Shown here: positions 9,273 to 19,207 of the stretch, piece after piece
Position numbering within the stretch: position 1 is the stretch's first letter
How the letters are laid out: every line of letters begins with the position of its first letter
Assembly: GCA_965247535.1 (NCBI GenBank)
Contig: OZ252018.1
Location: forward strand, 1,013,046 to 1,077,045
Direction of reading: 5' to 3'
Length of the DNA: 64,000 nt
From: Dehalococcoidia bacterium
Lineage (GTDB): Bacteria > Chloroflexota > Dehalococcoidia > Lucifugimonadales > UBA2985
Translations under genes and position numbers: made by a program
The notes under the pieces: model-generated
What the model saw: the letters and a program-made list of their open reading frames with translations, nothing else
What the model was told of the DNA's origin: nothing
Database searches by the model: none

Positions 9273-10234
9273 GGAGCCTTCCTGGTCAGGAGCCAGCACC
9301 GGGCCTCGTGGCCTTCACGGGCGGCTGCCAGTGGTGGGTCGTCTCGGTCGCACGGCTCGAAGATGAACGGGCAGCGCGGATGGAAGCGGCAGCCCGACGG
9401 CGGGCCGGTCAGGTCGGGGGGCGCGCCCGGTATGAACTGCGGTGGCTGGTCTGCGGCCAGCCGCGGGATGCTGCCCAGGAGTAGCTGCGTGTACGGGTGG
9501 CTCGGCTGCGTGAGAGCGTCGTCGGCGCTGCCGATCTCCACCATCTGGCCTGCGTACACCACCGCGATCCGGTCGCAGATGTCGCTGGCCAGCGCGATGT
9601 CGTGCGTGATGAAGATGAACGAGATGCCCAGCTCGCTCTTGAGGTCTTTGAGCAGGTTCATCATCTGCGCCTGAATGCTGACGTCGAGCGCGGACGTGGG
9701 CTCATCTAGGATGACCAGGGCGGGATCCAGCACCAGCGACATGGCGATCATGACGCGCTGCTTCATGCCGCCGCTCAGCTCGTGGGGGTAGCGGTCTACG
9801 GCCTCCCGCGGCAGACGTACAAGATCGAAGAGGCGCAGCACCCTCTCCCGCGCCTGCGCCTTCCGCGCTCCGCTCTCCAGCATGAGTGGCTCGGCCACCT
9901 GGTGTCCCACGCGCAGCACCGGGTTGAGCGAGTTCTGCGCGCCCTGAAACACCATCGACATCTTGCGCCATCTGACCTGCCTGCGAAACTCGTCGTCGCT
10001 CAGCGCCATGACGTCCTGTCCGTCCAGCACCACGCTGCCGCCGTAGCCCGTCGCGTTGGAGGGCAGCAGGCGCATTAGGGCAAGCGAGAGGCTGGTCTTG
10101 CCGGAGCCGGACTCGCCCACGATGCCCAGCGCCTGGCCGCGCTCCAGCTGGAATGTGACGCCGTCCACGGCCCGCACCGGATTCTCGCGGGTAGCGTAGT
10201 GCAGCGTCAGGTCGGTGACCTCCAGCAGGCTCAC
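9269..10234 (-). CDS. Oligopeptide/dipeptide-type ABC transporter ATP-binding protein (OppD/DppD-like)
   Basis: Walker A GESGSGKTS, LSGGMKQR, C-terminal GCRFHPRCP. The GTG start overlaps the upstream stop (GTGA). Confidence 0.9.
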   Translation of the reverse strand: MSLLEVTDLTLHYATRENPVRAVDGVTFQLERGQALGIVGESGSGKTSLSLALMRLLPSNATGYGGSVVLDGQDVMALSDDEFRRQVRWRKMSMVFQGAQNSLNPVLRVGHQVAEPLMLESGARKAQARERVLRLFDLVRLPREAVDRYPHELSGGMKQRVMIAMSLVLDPALVILDEPTSALDVSIQAQMMNLLKDLKSELGISFIFITHDIALASDICDRIAVVYAGQMVEIGSADDALTQPSHPYTQLLLGSIPRLAADQPPQFIPGAPPDLTGPPSGCRFHPRCPFIFEPCDRDDPPLAAAREGHEARCWLLTRKAP

Positions 10235-11673
10235 TGGCGCACCGTCCTGAGCCTGGGGTCAACCACCCGCTCCATGCCCAGCGCAATCAGCACGAAGGTG
10301 AGCGCCGTGAGCACGATAAGCAGGCCGGGCGGGAACACCCACCACCAGTAGCCGACGTACACGGCGCCGGTCCTGAATCCCTGGTCCAGGATCTGGCCCC
10401 ACGTGGGTATCGACGGGTCACCCAGGCCGAGGAAGCTCAGGCCCGCCTCCGCGAGTATGGCCGCGGGCGTGAAGAATATCATCTGCGCGAAGACGAAGGG
10501 GGCAATCTGCGGGAAGATGTGCCTGAGCATGATTCGCCACCGGGACGCGCCCAGCGCGGTGCTCGCCTCGACGAGCTGGCCGGACCTGAGCTGGAGCACC
10601 ATCGAGCGAATAACGATGGTCATGCCGGGCCATCCGAACACTATGAGTATGACTATGACGATCCACAGCTTCTGGCCCAGGATGAACGCGAGAAACAGCA
10701 GAATGGGGAGCAGCGGGATGTTGGAGAGCACGTCCGAGAAGCGCTGGATCCCAATGTCCGTCTTGCCGCCGCTGTACCCGCTGATGATGCCCATGGTGGT
10801 GCCGATCACCGTGGCCATGATGGCCGTCACCAGCCCAATTGACAGCGCAACCGGGAAGCCGAACACGAGGCCTCGCGCCAGGTCGCGGCCCAGCGAGTCG
10901 GTGCCCATCAGCCCGAACTGCGAACCACCCAACACGAAGCGCACGCGCTCGATGCGGTCGTGCTCGTCCTGGAAGCGGGCCGTTACCTGGATGCGGTAGT
11001 CGCCGCGAAGAGGCCGGAACCCCGTATCACTCTGCGGGTCGGGCAAACCGAATACCGCCTCATCGACGCGGCCTACGAGGCTGCCGCTCTGATCGCTCAC
11101 GCCGAGCTCGTTCTGCAGGAACGACGAGACCTCACTTGCCACGGACGGTTCGCCGGTGAGGTGTACGCGGAATGGCGTGCTTACGTACCGGCGGTAAGGT
11201 GGCGCCTCGTTGTCGCGGGGGGCCGGAACGACCAGCCGGTAGAGGTTCACCGTCTTGCCGTCCGGGCGCGTCACCGAAACGGTTACGCTGGGAGGCCGCT
11301 GCTGGTAGGTCACTCCCTCCAGGGAGAAGGACGTGAAGGTGGGTGCCTCGTCGTATTGGAAATCCATGTCGAAGGCGTACACCCGCTCGACGAAGCGAGT
11401 GGACAGCCGCGTCTCGGCCGGCTCCGTGGCGTCGAGGATCGAGTGTGTGACGCGGCGTGAGCCGCCAAGAAGGCCGGTCCAGGCAGGCGGTACGTTCTTC
11501 GGGTTGTCAGCCCACGCGGCGGGGTTGTTCCAGAGGCGGTCGCCAAAGTCCACGGGGTTGGAGGCGAGCGCGTAGATCGAAATCAGCACCATGATCGAAA
11601 GGAACGTCACGCCAACCTTGCCGGTGACCGACGTGAGCAGTTCGCTCAGCGTGCCGCGAAGTAGCCCTCTCAC
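10231..11673 (-). CDS. ABC transporter permease (OppC/DppC-like) with a large extracytoplasmic loop after TM1
   Basis: 480 aa. TM1 is followed by about 270 non-hydrophobic residues, then a typical BPD_transp_1 core (EAA-like loop ...ASTALGASRWRIMLRHIFP). Confidence 0.85.
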   Translation of the reverse strand: MRGLLRGTLSELLTSVTGKVGVTFLSIMVLISIYALASNPVDFGDRLWNNPAAWADNPKNVPPAWTGLLGGSRRVTHSILDATEPAETRLSTRFVERVYAFDMDFQYDEAPTFTSFSLEGVTYQQRPPSVTVSVTRPDGKTVNLYRLVVPAPRDNEAPPYRRYVSTPFRVHLTGEPSVASEVSSFLQNELGVSDQSGSLVGRVDEAVFGLPDPQSDTGFRPLRGDYRIQVTARFQDEHDRIERVRFVLGGSQFGLMGTDSLGRDLARGLVFGFPVALSIGLVTAIMATVIGTTMGIISGYSGGKTDIGIQRFSDVLSNIPLLPILLFLAFILGQKLWIVIVILIVFGWPGMTIVIRSMVLQLRSGQLVEASTALGASRWRIMLRHIFPQIAPFVFAQMIFFTPAAILAEAGLSFLGLGDPSIPTWGQILDQGFRTGAVYVGYWWWVFPPGLLIVLTALTFVLIALGMERVVDPRLRTVRQ

Positions 11674-12734
11674 GAGTACCGCACCCGCGGGTCCACCACT
11701 ATGTACAGCACCTCCAGCGTGAACCGGGCGCTGACGTAGATGAGCGTGAACATGAATGTGAGCGCAACAACCACCGTCTCGTCAACCGAGAGGATGGCGT
11801 CGTAGTAGAGGCGGCCCATGCCGGGCCAGTTGAAGACGGTCTCGGTGAGGATTGCTCCCCCCACGGACGAGGCTATTCCAAGGATCAGGCCGGTCAGAAT
11901 TGGCGGGGCGGCAACTCGCAGTATGTGGCTTCGCATCACCGTGCTTTCCGGCAGCCCCTTGGCCCTTGCCACGGTCACGAAGTCCTCCTGTGCTGTGTTC
12001 ATCACCATGGTACGGACCACGTACGTCCACGAGCCAACCGAGATGAGCACGATCGTGATTACCGGCAGTGCGGCGTGCCACATCAGGTCGAGCAGGCGCG
12101 ACAGCCCTCCCTCGGGCGGTGGCGCGCTGTACATTCCGCCGGGCGGGAACACCCTCACTCCGAAGGTCGAGAGGATGACGTATGTGAGCAGTATCAGGAG
12201 GATGCCGGCCCACCAGGCGGGCAGGGCGTTGGACGTGGCAGCGAAAAGCGATGCAATCCTGTCCGACCTGCTCCCCACCCGCGTCGCCAACTTTACGCCG
12301 AAGAATAGGCCGAATCCGGCCGTGATGAACGATGCTGTTGTAACCAACATCATGGTGCGCGGCAGGCGTTCGCGAATCAGGGCCGTGATGCTGCTGCTTC
12401 CGTCGGCGGTCTTGAGGGTGCGCGCCTCGCCCAGGTCAAGCCGTATCACACGTCCGATCATCTGGGGAAGGCGCCGGTACCAGGCCTGGTCCAGTCCGTA
12501 TGACGCTTCCAGCTCCTGTCGGTGGTCGCGAAGGGCGGCCTCCAACTCGTCGGCGTTGCGGATGGTCTGGGCAAGGCCCTGGCGGAGCCCGCGAACCTCC
12601 TCGTTGACGATGGCCGTCAGCATCCGGTCCGAGAAGCCTGTGGCGCCTAGCGTCACGACGACCATGACCAGCACCGCGAAGAGGACGCCCACCAGTGTGA
12701 CGCCTCTGATGGCTAGGGTCTTGGCAATGGTCAT
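11670..12734 (-). CDS. ABC transporter permease (OppB/DppB-like)
   Basis: 354 aa, six hydrophobic segments. The EAA-loop region reads VTVARAKGLPESTVMRSHILR. It is translationally coupled (GTGA) to the next permease gene. Confidence 0.85.
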   Translation of the reverse strand: MTIAKTLAIRGVTLVGVLFAVLVMVVVTLGATGFSDRMLTAIVNEEVRGLRQGLAQTIRNADELEAALRDHRQELEASYGLDQAWYRRLPQMIGRVIRLDLGEARTLKTADGSSSITALIRERLPRTMMLVTTASFITAGFGLFFGVKLATRVGSRSDRIASLFAATSNALPAWWAGILLILLTYVILSTFGVRVFPPGGMYSAPPPEGGLSRLLDLMWHAALPVITIVLISVGSWTYVVRTMVMNTAQEDFVTVARAKGLPESTVMRSHILRVAAPPILTGLILGIASSVGGAILTETVFNWPGMGRLYYDAILSVDETVVVALTFMFTLIYVSARFTLEVLYIVVDPRVRYS

Positions 12735-12780
12735 CTGGACACCGCCGGCGCCCCGCCGCTCTGAAGGAGGCTCGCCTGGG

Positions 12781-15384
12781 CTACTGCGGCCCTCGCCGCG
12801 TCCTCGTTATTAGAAACACCAGTCCGAGAACCAGGGCGAGCACTGAGGCCGCGGCAATGGCAGTTATCAGAATGGTCGTTGAGCCACCGCCGTCTTCCGA
12901 GTCGCCGTCGGAGGTCGCCGCTGTTGGCGTGGCCTCCGCCTGTGTCGTGGGCTGCGTTTCCTCCGTTGGCACCACGGCCTCGCCGAACTCCACGTCTACT
13001 CGCTGTTCCAGCAGCGTGGAGAGTTCGTCCGAGTAGGCCGCCACGTACAGATGGTACAGGTCGCCGGCGAGGCCCGCGGCCACGTCTGCGCTAACGTCCA
13101 CGCGGAACGTGCCGCCCGACTCGGCTTGCGCCGGCCCGGATGCGATGATCTCGCCCGTGGCCGGGTCCTGGAACACGTACTGCACCGAAAGCTCCCCGGG
13201 GCCTTCCACGGAAACCGTGGCGCTCATCCCGCTGCCCTCCACAAGTGCGGCTCCGTCAACGCTCGTGATGCGGAGCGTCTGGGGCTTGCCGTAGTAGAGG
13301 TCGCCCGGCTTGAAGGGGTAGCCCGGGTCCCGGAATGCCGTGATCTGTGCGAACTGTGCGCTGCTGTCGAACGTCTCCAGCAGGTATGGGCCGTTGCTGA
13401 TGACCATGTGGCCCTTGTCAGAGAACCACTCGATTGCTGCGGCGTATCGCTCGGAGGCCTCCTCGCCGGTGACCAGGGACTTGCCGTTCACGTCGAACAC
13501 GTTGTCCGGCAGCAGCTCGTCCTCCGCAAAGTCCCTGAGCGTGTTCCTGGTGAGCCTTGCGAACCTGTCGAGCACCAGGCTTATCGGGTCCACGTTGAAC
13601 CGGGCTGCAGCGGTGTCGCTGTAGGCCACAATCCTCTGCTCGAAGACCATGTCGTCCATGGCCGCCAGCACCTCCCACGGCATGGTGACTCCGGAGATGT
13701 TGGCGTACTGGGCGATGTAGTCGTCCACGAAGTGCCAGTAGTCCACGTAGACCTCGAGCTGGTTATCCTCCGTGATCCGGAAGCCGCGGAAGGTGTCGGT
13801 GAAGGGCTTGCTGGTGGTGGAGATGGACACCTCGATGTTGGCCTTCTCCTCGTCGTAGACCAGGTCGAATGTCTGGGCGATGGAGTAGATGACGTCCGCC
13901 ATTGTTATGGGCTTGCCGTGGTGCCAGTTCGACTGGAAGTACTTCGAGTAGTCGAACGTGACCTTGCTGGTCGCGCGCGTGTCTGCGGGGACGCTGCTCC
14001 AGCTGTCCGCGCCTGCGTCCCACTGGAATGCGTCCGCGGGCACGTCCAGGCTGGCGCCGGGGCCTGCGGTCTCCACCTCGTAGTCTGCGCGGAAGGGGAT
14101 GGGCACGCCCGTGAACGGGTGAGTGGCCAGGGGCGTATCGCGCACGTTGTTCCAGATGTCGTTGCTGTAGACGTCGCCGAAACCGCCCACCGGGTTCCAG
14201 GTGGTGCGGTTGGTCCAGACCCACAAGTTGCCAACGTTCAGCTCTTCGGTGTTGCCGGGAACATGGGCCTCCCTAAGCGTCCAAAAGCTGCGAGGACCGG
14301 AGATGACGTCCTCCGTGATGCCTTCGATGTTGGACAAGGCAGGCAGGTTGTTCACGGCGGTGACTACCCAGATTCGGACGGACTCCTCCAGGCACGCCTC
14401 GGTTGCCTCAACGTACAGCCGGTTACGCTCCTCCAGCCCGTCAAAGTCGCCGGTGAAGATGCGCTGGCCCAGGTCGTCCAGCTCAGGCGACTCGTACTGC
14501 CAGAATCCCACCTCCTGCCAGCCCGGCATGTTTCCCAGCCACGGCGAGCACATCGAGTTGATGTTGCCGAAGTCGTAGCGCTGCGGCGCGCCGCGGCCCC
14601 AGCCCTCGGTGTATAGGTGCCACTGGAAGAGCTGCGGGTCCGTGCCGTACACGGTGAAGATGGCCGGCCCGAACTGCATCGGAATAAGCGTCACCGAGAA
14701 GCCGAGCGTCTCCAGGTTGGCGCGCAGGTCGTTGCCGATGTCCCACCGCTCGTCCTCCGTCCGCACGATGAACTTCAGGTTGACGCGCTGGTCGTTGAAG
14801 TGCCAGAAGTCGTCCTGCATCACCGCGCCGGCCTCGGTCATGGCCTGCGAAACCATTTCGGCAGCCAGCCCAGGATCGTAGGTGATCCTCGACTCTCTGG
14901 CCAGGTTGTAGACCGTCAGGTAGTCGAAATCGCTGGGGCTGACGTGGGTGAGCATGGGCAGTGCAAAGCCCTTGTAGATCTCCTGCGCGATGAACGGCCT
15001 GTTGACCACAAACTGGATGGCCTGACGCACCTCTCTTATGGAGAGGGGGTTCAGCTCGCCCTCCCGCGCCGGAGCGGGGTTCAGGATTATTGAGGCTGTG
15101 GAGGCGGGCGCCTGGTACACGGTGATGTCCGGGTTGTCCCGGAGCGCCTCTGCAGCCGGTGTCTTGAGGCTGAAGATGTACATGTCCATTGCGCCGGCCT
15201 CAAGTTCCCGCGAGGCGATGCCAACGTCAAAGGCGCTGAAGTTGATCGTGTCCGTGGCCGGCCCTGGCTGGGAGTGCGGCGGTGAGTAGTCCTGGAATGA
15301 GGGCGCGGATAGCACCATGAAGAGTGCAGGCGCCAGTGCCAGCAGGAGGAGTCGCTTGGCGATGTTCGATCTCATTTTAATCAT
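12781..15384 (-). CDS. Family-5 (Opp/Dpp-type) extracellular solute-binding protein, unusually long, with a C-terminal transmembrane anchor
   Basis: 867 aa. N-terminal signal sequence (RLLLLALAPALFMVLSAPS). An SBP_bac_5-like core is followed by an extra domain of about 200 aa, a Thr/Glu/Asp-rich linker (TEETQPTTQAEATPTAATSDGDSEDGGGS) and a hydrophobic tail with a basic end (ILITAIAAASVLALVLGLVFLITRTRRGPQ). Confidence 0.8.
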   Translation of the reverse strand: MIKMRSNIAKRLLLLALAPALFMVLSAPSFQDYSPPHSQPGPATDTINFSAFDVGIASRELEAGAMDMYIFSLKTPAAEALRDNPDITVYQAPASTASIILNPAPAREGELNPLSIREVRQAIQFVVNRPFIAQEIYKGFALPMLTHVSPSDFDYLTVYNLARESRITYDPGLAAEMVSQAMTEAGAVMQDDFWHFNDQRVNLKFIVRTEDERWDIGNDLRANLETLGFSVTLIPMQFGPAIFTVYGTDPQLFQWHLYTEGWGRGAPQRYDFGNINSMCSPWLGNMPGWQEVGFWQYESPELDDLGQRIFTGDFDGLEERNRLYVEATEACLEESVRIWVVTAVNNLPALSNIEGITEDVISGPRSFWTLREAHVPGNTEELNVGNLWVWTNRTTWNPVGGFGDVYSNDIWNNVRDTPLATHPFTGVPIPFRADYEVETAGPGASLDVPADAFQWDAGADSWSSVPADTRATSKVTFDYSKYFQSNWHHGKPITMADVIYSIAQTFDLVYDEEKANIEVSISTTSKPFTDTFRGFRITEDNQLEVYVDYWHFVDDYIAQYANISGVTMPWEVLAAMDDMVFEQRIVAYSDTAAARFNVDPISLVLDRFARLTRNTLRDFAEDELLPDNVFDVNGKSLVTGEEASERYAAAIEWFSDKGHMVISNGPYLLETFDSSAQFAQITAFRDPGYPFKPGDLYYGKPQTLRITSVDGAALVEGSGMSATVSVEGPGELSVQYVFQDPATGEIIASGPAQAESGGTFRVDVSADVAAGLAGDLYHLYVAAYSDELSTLLEQRVDVEFGEAVVPTEETQPTTQAEATPTAATSDGDSEDGGGSTTILITAIAAASVLALVLGLVFLITRTRRGPQ

Positions 15385-15420
15385 CTCGATGTTAGATGCT
15401 TGCGGGCCGCCGCAGGACCT

Positions 15421-17736
15421 TTAGAGAGTCTCCCTGCGCCCCATGCGTGCGCCAATGAACAGTCCAAACAGCAGCGCGCCGGTTGCCATTGGCAGGGCTA
15501 CGGCGGCGAGCACCCAGACTGGCAGGCCCTCCTGCGCAGTTGTGCCTTCGCCGGTTTCCAGGTTCTCCAGCGCCGTGCGTATCTGCGGCAGCTGGTCCAG
15601 GTCTTGCACGGCCGCCTGAATTGCGGACAACTGCGCGGTCGTGTCTCCGTTCAGGTCTCCATCCGTAGTGGTTTCAAGCTGATTGATGATGGTATCCACT
15701 GCGACCTGGATGTTATCGAAGCCGAAGTCCATGAAGAAGGAGCCGGCAGCGATGTTTCCGGAGGCGTCTATGGCGCGGAAGTCGTGCGCGCCCTCGCCTG
15801 ATATGGGAATGAACAACCTCGCCGTGAACCTGCCGTCGTCGTCGCTCCTGACGGTGCTCACCACGGCGCCGCTGATCTCGAGGAACACGTCCTGGTCCGG
15901 CTGAAAGTTGGACCCCTGGATGGTGATGTCCTTTCCGCCCGGCCCCGACGGAGGCGAGAGGAAGATGGACGGCAGGGGCATAAGCTCCCTGCGTGCGAAC
16001 GCGATCTTCTGGTTCTGCCCACCGAACTCGCCGAGGCGTGCGTCCGGCCACGCCATGTACACCTCGTCCTCCGTTGCGACAATGGTGAAGTAGTCGCCTA
16101 TGAAGGCGCCGCCGGGGAATGCGTAGTTGGGATTGGACGGGAAGTCCGTGACGCGTGCGTTCTCGATCCACGTCTCGCCCCCGTCCTCCGAGCTGGTATA
16201 GTAGACGTGGTACCGAGCCTCCACCGGGTCGTCGCGCATGTCGCCCCACATGGCGTGAAGGACACCGTCCGGACCTGCGGAGATGGAGGGGAAGAACTGG
16301 AGACGAGTTGTGTCGTCGTCGTTCAGCGCCTTCTTGGAAGTCCAGGTCTTGCCTCCGTCCGTGGACGCCACGAAGAAGATGTCGCCGTCGTCCGTGGTCT
16401 TGTCCGGCGGCAGGCCGGTGTACACCACGTAGACCTCGCCGCCCGGGCCGGTGGTGATCTGCGGGAAGTTGGCGCCCCAGTAGCGGAAGAAGGTGTTGCG
16501 CGGGCTGAACGGAATCTCGTTGAAGTCGGATGCGCGGACGGTATTCCAGGTCTGGCCGTCGTCCCTGGACGAGGCTACGTATATCTCCGCCCGCCCCTCG
16601 AAGGAGTCGTCATCCGTGCTATCGACCCAGTTGACGTAGACCGTGCCATCCGGCGCGACGGCGGGCTGCGAGCCCTGTACCACGCGCTTTGGGGCGTCCT
16701 CCCCCTGCGAGCTTTCCACGATTGGGCTTATTGTGACCGGATCGCTCCACGTTTGTCCGCCGTCCTCCGAGGTTACCATTTCGATGCTGGTCTCGGTGCG
16801 GGGCACCAGCGTGAAGGCCTCTACGTCGAAGAGGAAGAAGATGGGGAAGACGGTCACGAACTTGGTGTAGGTGACGTAGATGATGTCCTTGTCCGGGTCG
16901 GTGCGGCTGGGCCCGACTGCCAGCCAGGGCTTGTCCAGGAAGGGGAGCCTCAGGTCGTACGTGGTGCGTCCCTCTTCGCTTTCTATGGGCGGTCCGGTGT
17001 CCACGTGGCTCTCCGCGGAGGCTATGGACTCCTCCCAGGTGTAGCCGCCGTCACGGGAGACGGATATGGGAATGGATGACACGGCAGCGCTGCCCACGGA
17101 ATTCCTGATGGTGAACTCCTCCACGTCAATGGAGATGGACGCAGCGTAGGCGTTGCCCTCGCGGTCGAAGGCCAGGACGGGGTCACCGGCGCCGCCCAGA
17201 TCGCCCGAGGGGTACTTGACCTGGTACGGTCCCTCCCACGTGACGCCGGCGTCGATCGAGTTGTAGGTGGTTATGCCCGGGAAGTTATAGTCGATCAGGC
17301 CCAGGATCAGGTGCTCCGGGTCCTTGGGATTGACGGCAAGGTGAGGCTCAGTCTGGAAGGGGACACGGCTGAAGTCGCGGGTCACGAGGATGTTGCGACT
17401 GAACTTTGGCGAAGGGTTGCGGTAGGGTACCAGCGGGCCCTGACCGCCGCCGCCGGACTGAGGGGTGATGCCACGAATCTGGGCGTCCTGCGGCTTGAAC
17501 TCGGCGCCCAGCGGGTTGCCCTTGGCGGTGGTCAGGCGCGGGTCTAGTCCCTTCGACATGAGCCACATGGAGCCGGACAGGTTCTTATCGAACGCCTCGA
17601 TGAGCGCGAAGTTCAGCGGCCGCGGCCACTTGAAGGTGGGGCCTTCCTCGTGGGCGGCCAGCGCTGGGCTTGCGATGGTCGCCGTCAGGAGTAGTAGTGC
17701 GAGGAGGGCGCTCCCCCTCAGGAATCTCCTTGTCAT
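15421..17736 (-). CDS. Secreted six-bladed BNR/Asp-box (sialidase-like) protein with a C-terminal Ig-like region and membrane anchor
   Basis: Six SxDxGxTW Asp-boxes: SIDAGVTW, SRDGGYTW, SEDGGQTW, SRDDGQTW, STDGGKTW, SEDGGETW. A YRNP motif resembles the sialidase FRIP motif. I chose the start at ATG 17736 (MTRRFLRGSALLALLLLTATIASPALA, a signal peptide). The C-terminal tail is hydrophobic (VLAAVALPMATGALLFGLFIGARMGRR). Confidence 0.8.
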   Translation of the reverse strand: MTRRFLRGSALLALLLLTATIASPALAAHEEGPTFKWPRPLNFALIEAFDKNLSGSMWLMSKGLDPRLTTAKGNPLGAEFKPQDAQIRGITPQSGGGGQGPLVPYRNPSPKFSRNILVTRDFSRVPFQTEPHLAVNPKDPEHLILGLIDYNFPGITTYNSIDAGVTWEGPYQVKYPSGDLGGAGDPVLAFDREGNAYAASISIDVEEFTIRNSVGSAAVSSIPISVSRDGGYTWEESIASAESHVDTGPPIESEEGRTTYDLRLPFLDKPWLAVGPSRTDPDKDIIYVTYTKFVTVFPIFFLFDVEAFTLVPRTETSIEMVTSEDGGQTWSDPVTISPIVESSQGEDAPKRVVQGSQPAVAPDGTVYVNWVDSTDDDSFEGRAEIYVASSRDDGQTWNTVRASDFNEIPFSPRNTFFRYWGANFPQITTGPGGEVYVVYTGLPPDKTTDDGDIFFVASTDGGKTWTSKKALNDDDTTRLQFFPSISAGPDGVLHAMWGDMRDDPVEARYHVYYTSSEDGGETWIENARVTDFPSNPNYAFPGGAFIGDYFTIVATEDEVYMAWPDARLGEFGGQNQKIAFARRELMPLPSIFLSPPSGPGGKDITIQGSNFQPDQDVFLEISGAVVSTVRSDDDGRFTARLFIPISGEGAHDFRAIDASGNIAAGSFFMDFGFDNIQVAVDTIINQLETTTDGDLNGDTTAQLSAIQAAVQDLDQLPQIRTALENLETGEGTTAQEGLPVWVLAAVALPMATGALLFGLFIGARMGRRETL

Positions 17737-17825
17737 CTTTGCTCCATTCTCAAAGTCTCTTGGCGTTAGCATGGCGAGGGAGGCGAGCACCCGGAAGTGG
17801 CCGTTAACCGGCAGTTCGGCAGGCG

Positions 17826-18635
17826 TCAGTTCAGCCGGCCTACAATCGCCTCCAGCTGGGATATCGCGGAGAGCAATGCCTCCTTGAAGAAGGCGTCCGC
17901 GGACTCCTGGTATCCGGCAGCCCCGGAAGTGAGGCGCTCCGCCAGCCACGTGATGTACTCGTCGGAGGTCGGCTCCGCGTTGGGGCTTCGTTCTGCCCAG
18001 TCAAAGAAGTTGTCGATCTTGAGGATGACGCGGTCAGCGGGAGAGGAGAGCGCGGGGTTGGCCCGCACGGCGCTATCCTTCATCGTGTTCCAGTACTCGA
18101 ACGCCCCTTCGCGGGAGTCCGGCGGGTCTCTTCGCAGTTCCACCAGCAGCAGCCGGTGGCTCTCCGCTGCGTCTGAGAGACCATCCAGGCCATCCACGCG
18201 ACTCTGCAGAGTATTCACCCGCCCGGTGAGTTCGCTGTACTGCGCCTCGAGGCCGGAAACGGCCTCAACGCCGGACGCCAGCTCCGTTTCCTTTTCTCTG
18301 AGAGCAGTCTCAGCGGTCGTTGCCCTGGCATTGGCATCCTCAAGCTGGCCTCGGAGGTCGGAGCCGGCGCGGTTGGCTGCGTCCAGGGAGGTCAACAGCG
18401 TGTCTTTCTCGCCTTTCTCGGCGTCGAGCTGCGACTGCACCTGCGCGACCTCCGACTTGAGCTCTTCGACCTGCTCATCCAGTTCGCTGGTATCGACCTC
18501 CGGCGAACTCTGAAGGGCCCCCCCGACCGACAGGCCGATTGCCAGGGTAACCAGGGAGGCGACTACCAGCAGGACCAACCACTTGCGGGTGTTGCTGCGC
18601 TGCTCCCTGGTATAAAGCATGTCTCGATTTATCAT
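17826..18635 (-). CDS. Membrane-anchored coiled-coil protein, function unknown
   Basis: 269 aa. N-terminal TM (WLVLLVVASLVTLAIGLSVGG), about 110 aa of heptad-like Glu/Leu/Gln-rich sequence, then a globular C-terminus. I recognise no family. Confidence 0.55.
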   Translation of the reverse strand: MINRDMLYTREQRSNTRKWLVLLVVASLVTLAIGLSVGGALQSSPEVDTSELDEQVEELKSEVAQVQSQLDAEKGEKDTLLTSLDAANRAGSDLRGQLEDANARATTAETALREKETELASGVEAVSGLEAQYSELTGRVNTLQSRVDGLDGLSDAAESHRLLLVELRRDPPDSREGAFEYWNTMKDSAVRANPALSSPADRVILKIDNFFDWAERSPNAEPTSDEYITWLAERLTSGAAGYQESADAFFKEALLSAISQLEAIVGRLN

Positions 18636-18851
18636 TGCTCCCGTGTCCCAAGACTTATGGGCATTCCCTATAGTCTAATCGCTCGGAAAGCCGCGGTCTA
18701 GTCTAGGCCAAGAATTGAGGTCTTACAGTTTGTGGAATAAGATGCAGTGTGGCCGTGAGCCGTCCCGCGCGGCGCTCGCAACGCCTGTGCAGGGGATGGA
18801 AGCGACAACCGGGGAGCGAGACTGCGGTAGACTTGGTAGGTTCGAGAGGAC

Positions 18852-19031
18852 GTGTTGAACAACGACGAAAGATTGGTGAAGGTACTGAGCAGCCTCTACG
18901 AGTCGGTGTCCTGCCCGGAATGCGGCACTCGGCTCAGGCTGGGCGACCTGGACTGCCCGCACTGCGGCCTGGACACGGACGAACCGTTCCGTCAATGGGC
19001 CGAGATGCTGCTTCAGAAGCTGGACGCTTAA
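18852..19031 (+). CDS. Small zinc-ribbon protein (59 aa), not in the supplied ORF track
   Basis: Own translation from GTG 18852: VLNNDERLVKVLSSLYESVSCPECGTRLRLGDLDCPHCGLDTDEPFRQWAEMLLQKLDA*. It has two CxxC pairs and a purine-rich GAGAGGA stretch just upstream. Confidence 0.5.
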   Translation: MLNNDERLVKVLSSLYESVSCPECGTRLRLGDLDCPHCGLDTDEPFRQWAEMLLQKLDA

Positions 19032-19207
19032 AGGGCTGGGCATTCGCCAGTCGCGCTGAGTGGTGAAGCCAAGGTATTGCGTCTTCGGCAGGCCGGACCA
19101 TTGGAGGCGCCTACCTGTCCGATTGCGGGCGCGGGCCAGGTTCGTGGTATCATTGGAGGGCATGGGCTGGGTGAGTTGCGCGAGCGACCTGTGAATCGGA
19201 GGTTAAC

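Noticed and set aside
8385-9400. Recurring GWKRQP peptide in plus-strand ORFs, which looked like a repeated protein motif.
   Set aside because: It is simply the reverse-complement reading of the conserved GCRFHPRCP C-terminal motif of the two Opp-type ATPases on the minus strand.
17737-17949. 71-codon N-terminal extension of the BNR protein ORF.
   Set aside because: It overlaps the 3' end of the upstream coiled-coil gene. The internal ATG at 17736 yields a canonical signal peptide.
18780-18830. The minus-strand frame reads ...LPGCRFHPLHRRC..., resembling the Opp ATPase C-terminal motif. This raised the possibility of an ABC-ATPase gene relic.
   Set aside because: Only 6 residues match and no ATPase-like sequence lies upstream in that frame. 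It cannot be distinguished from chance without a database search.
18650-18850. Search for tRNA-Sec (and for selA, selB, selD) near the selenoprotein candidate.
   Set aside because: No cloverleaf with a UCA anticodon loop or long variable arm could be folded here or elsewhere in the window. No sel genes are present. They must be elsewhere in the genome if the Sec prediction is right.
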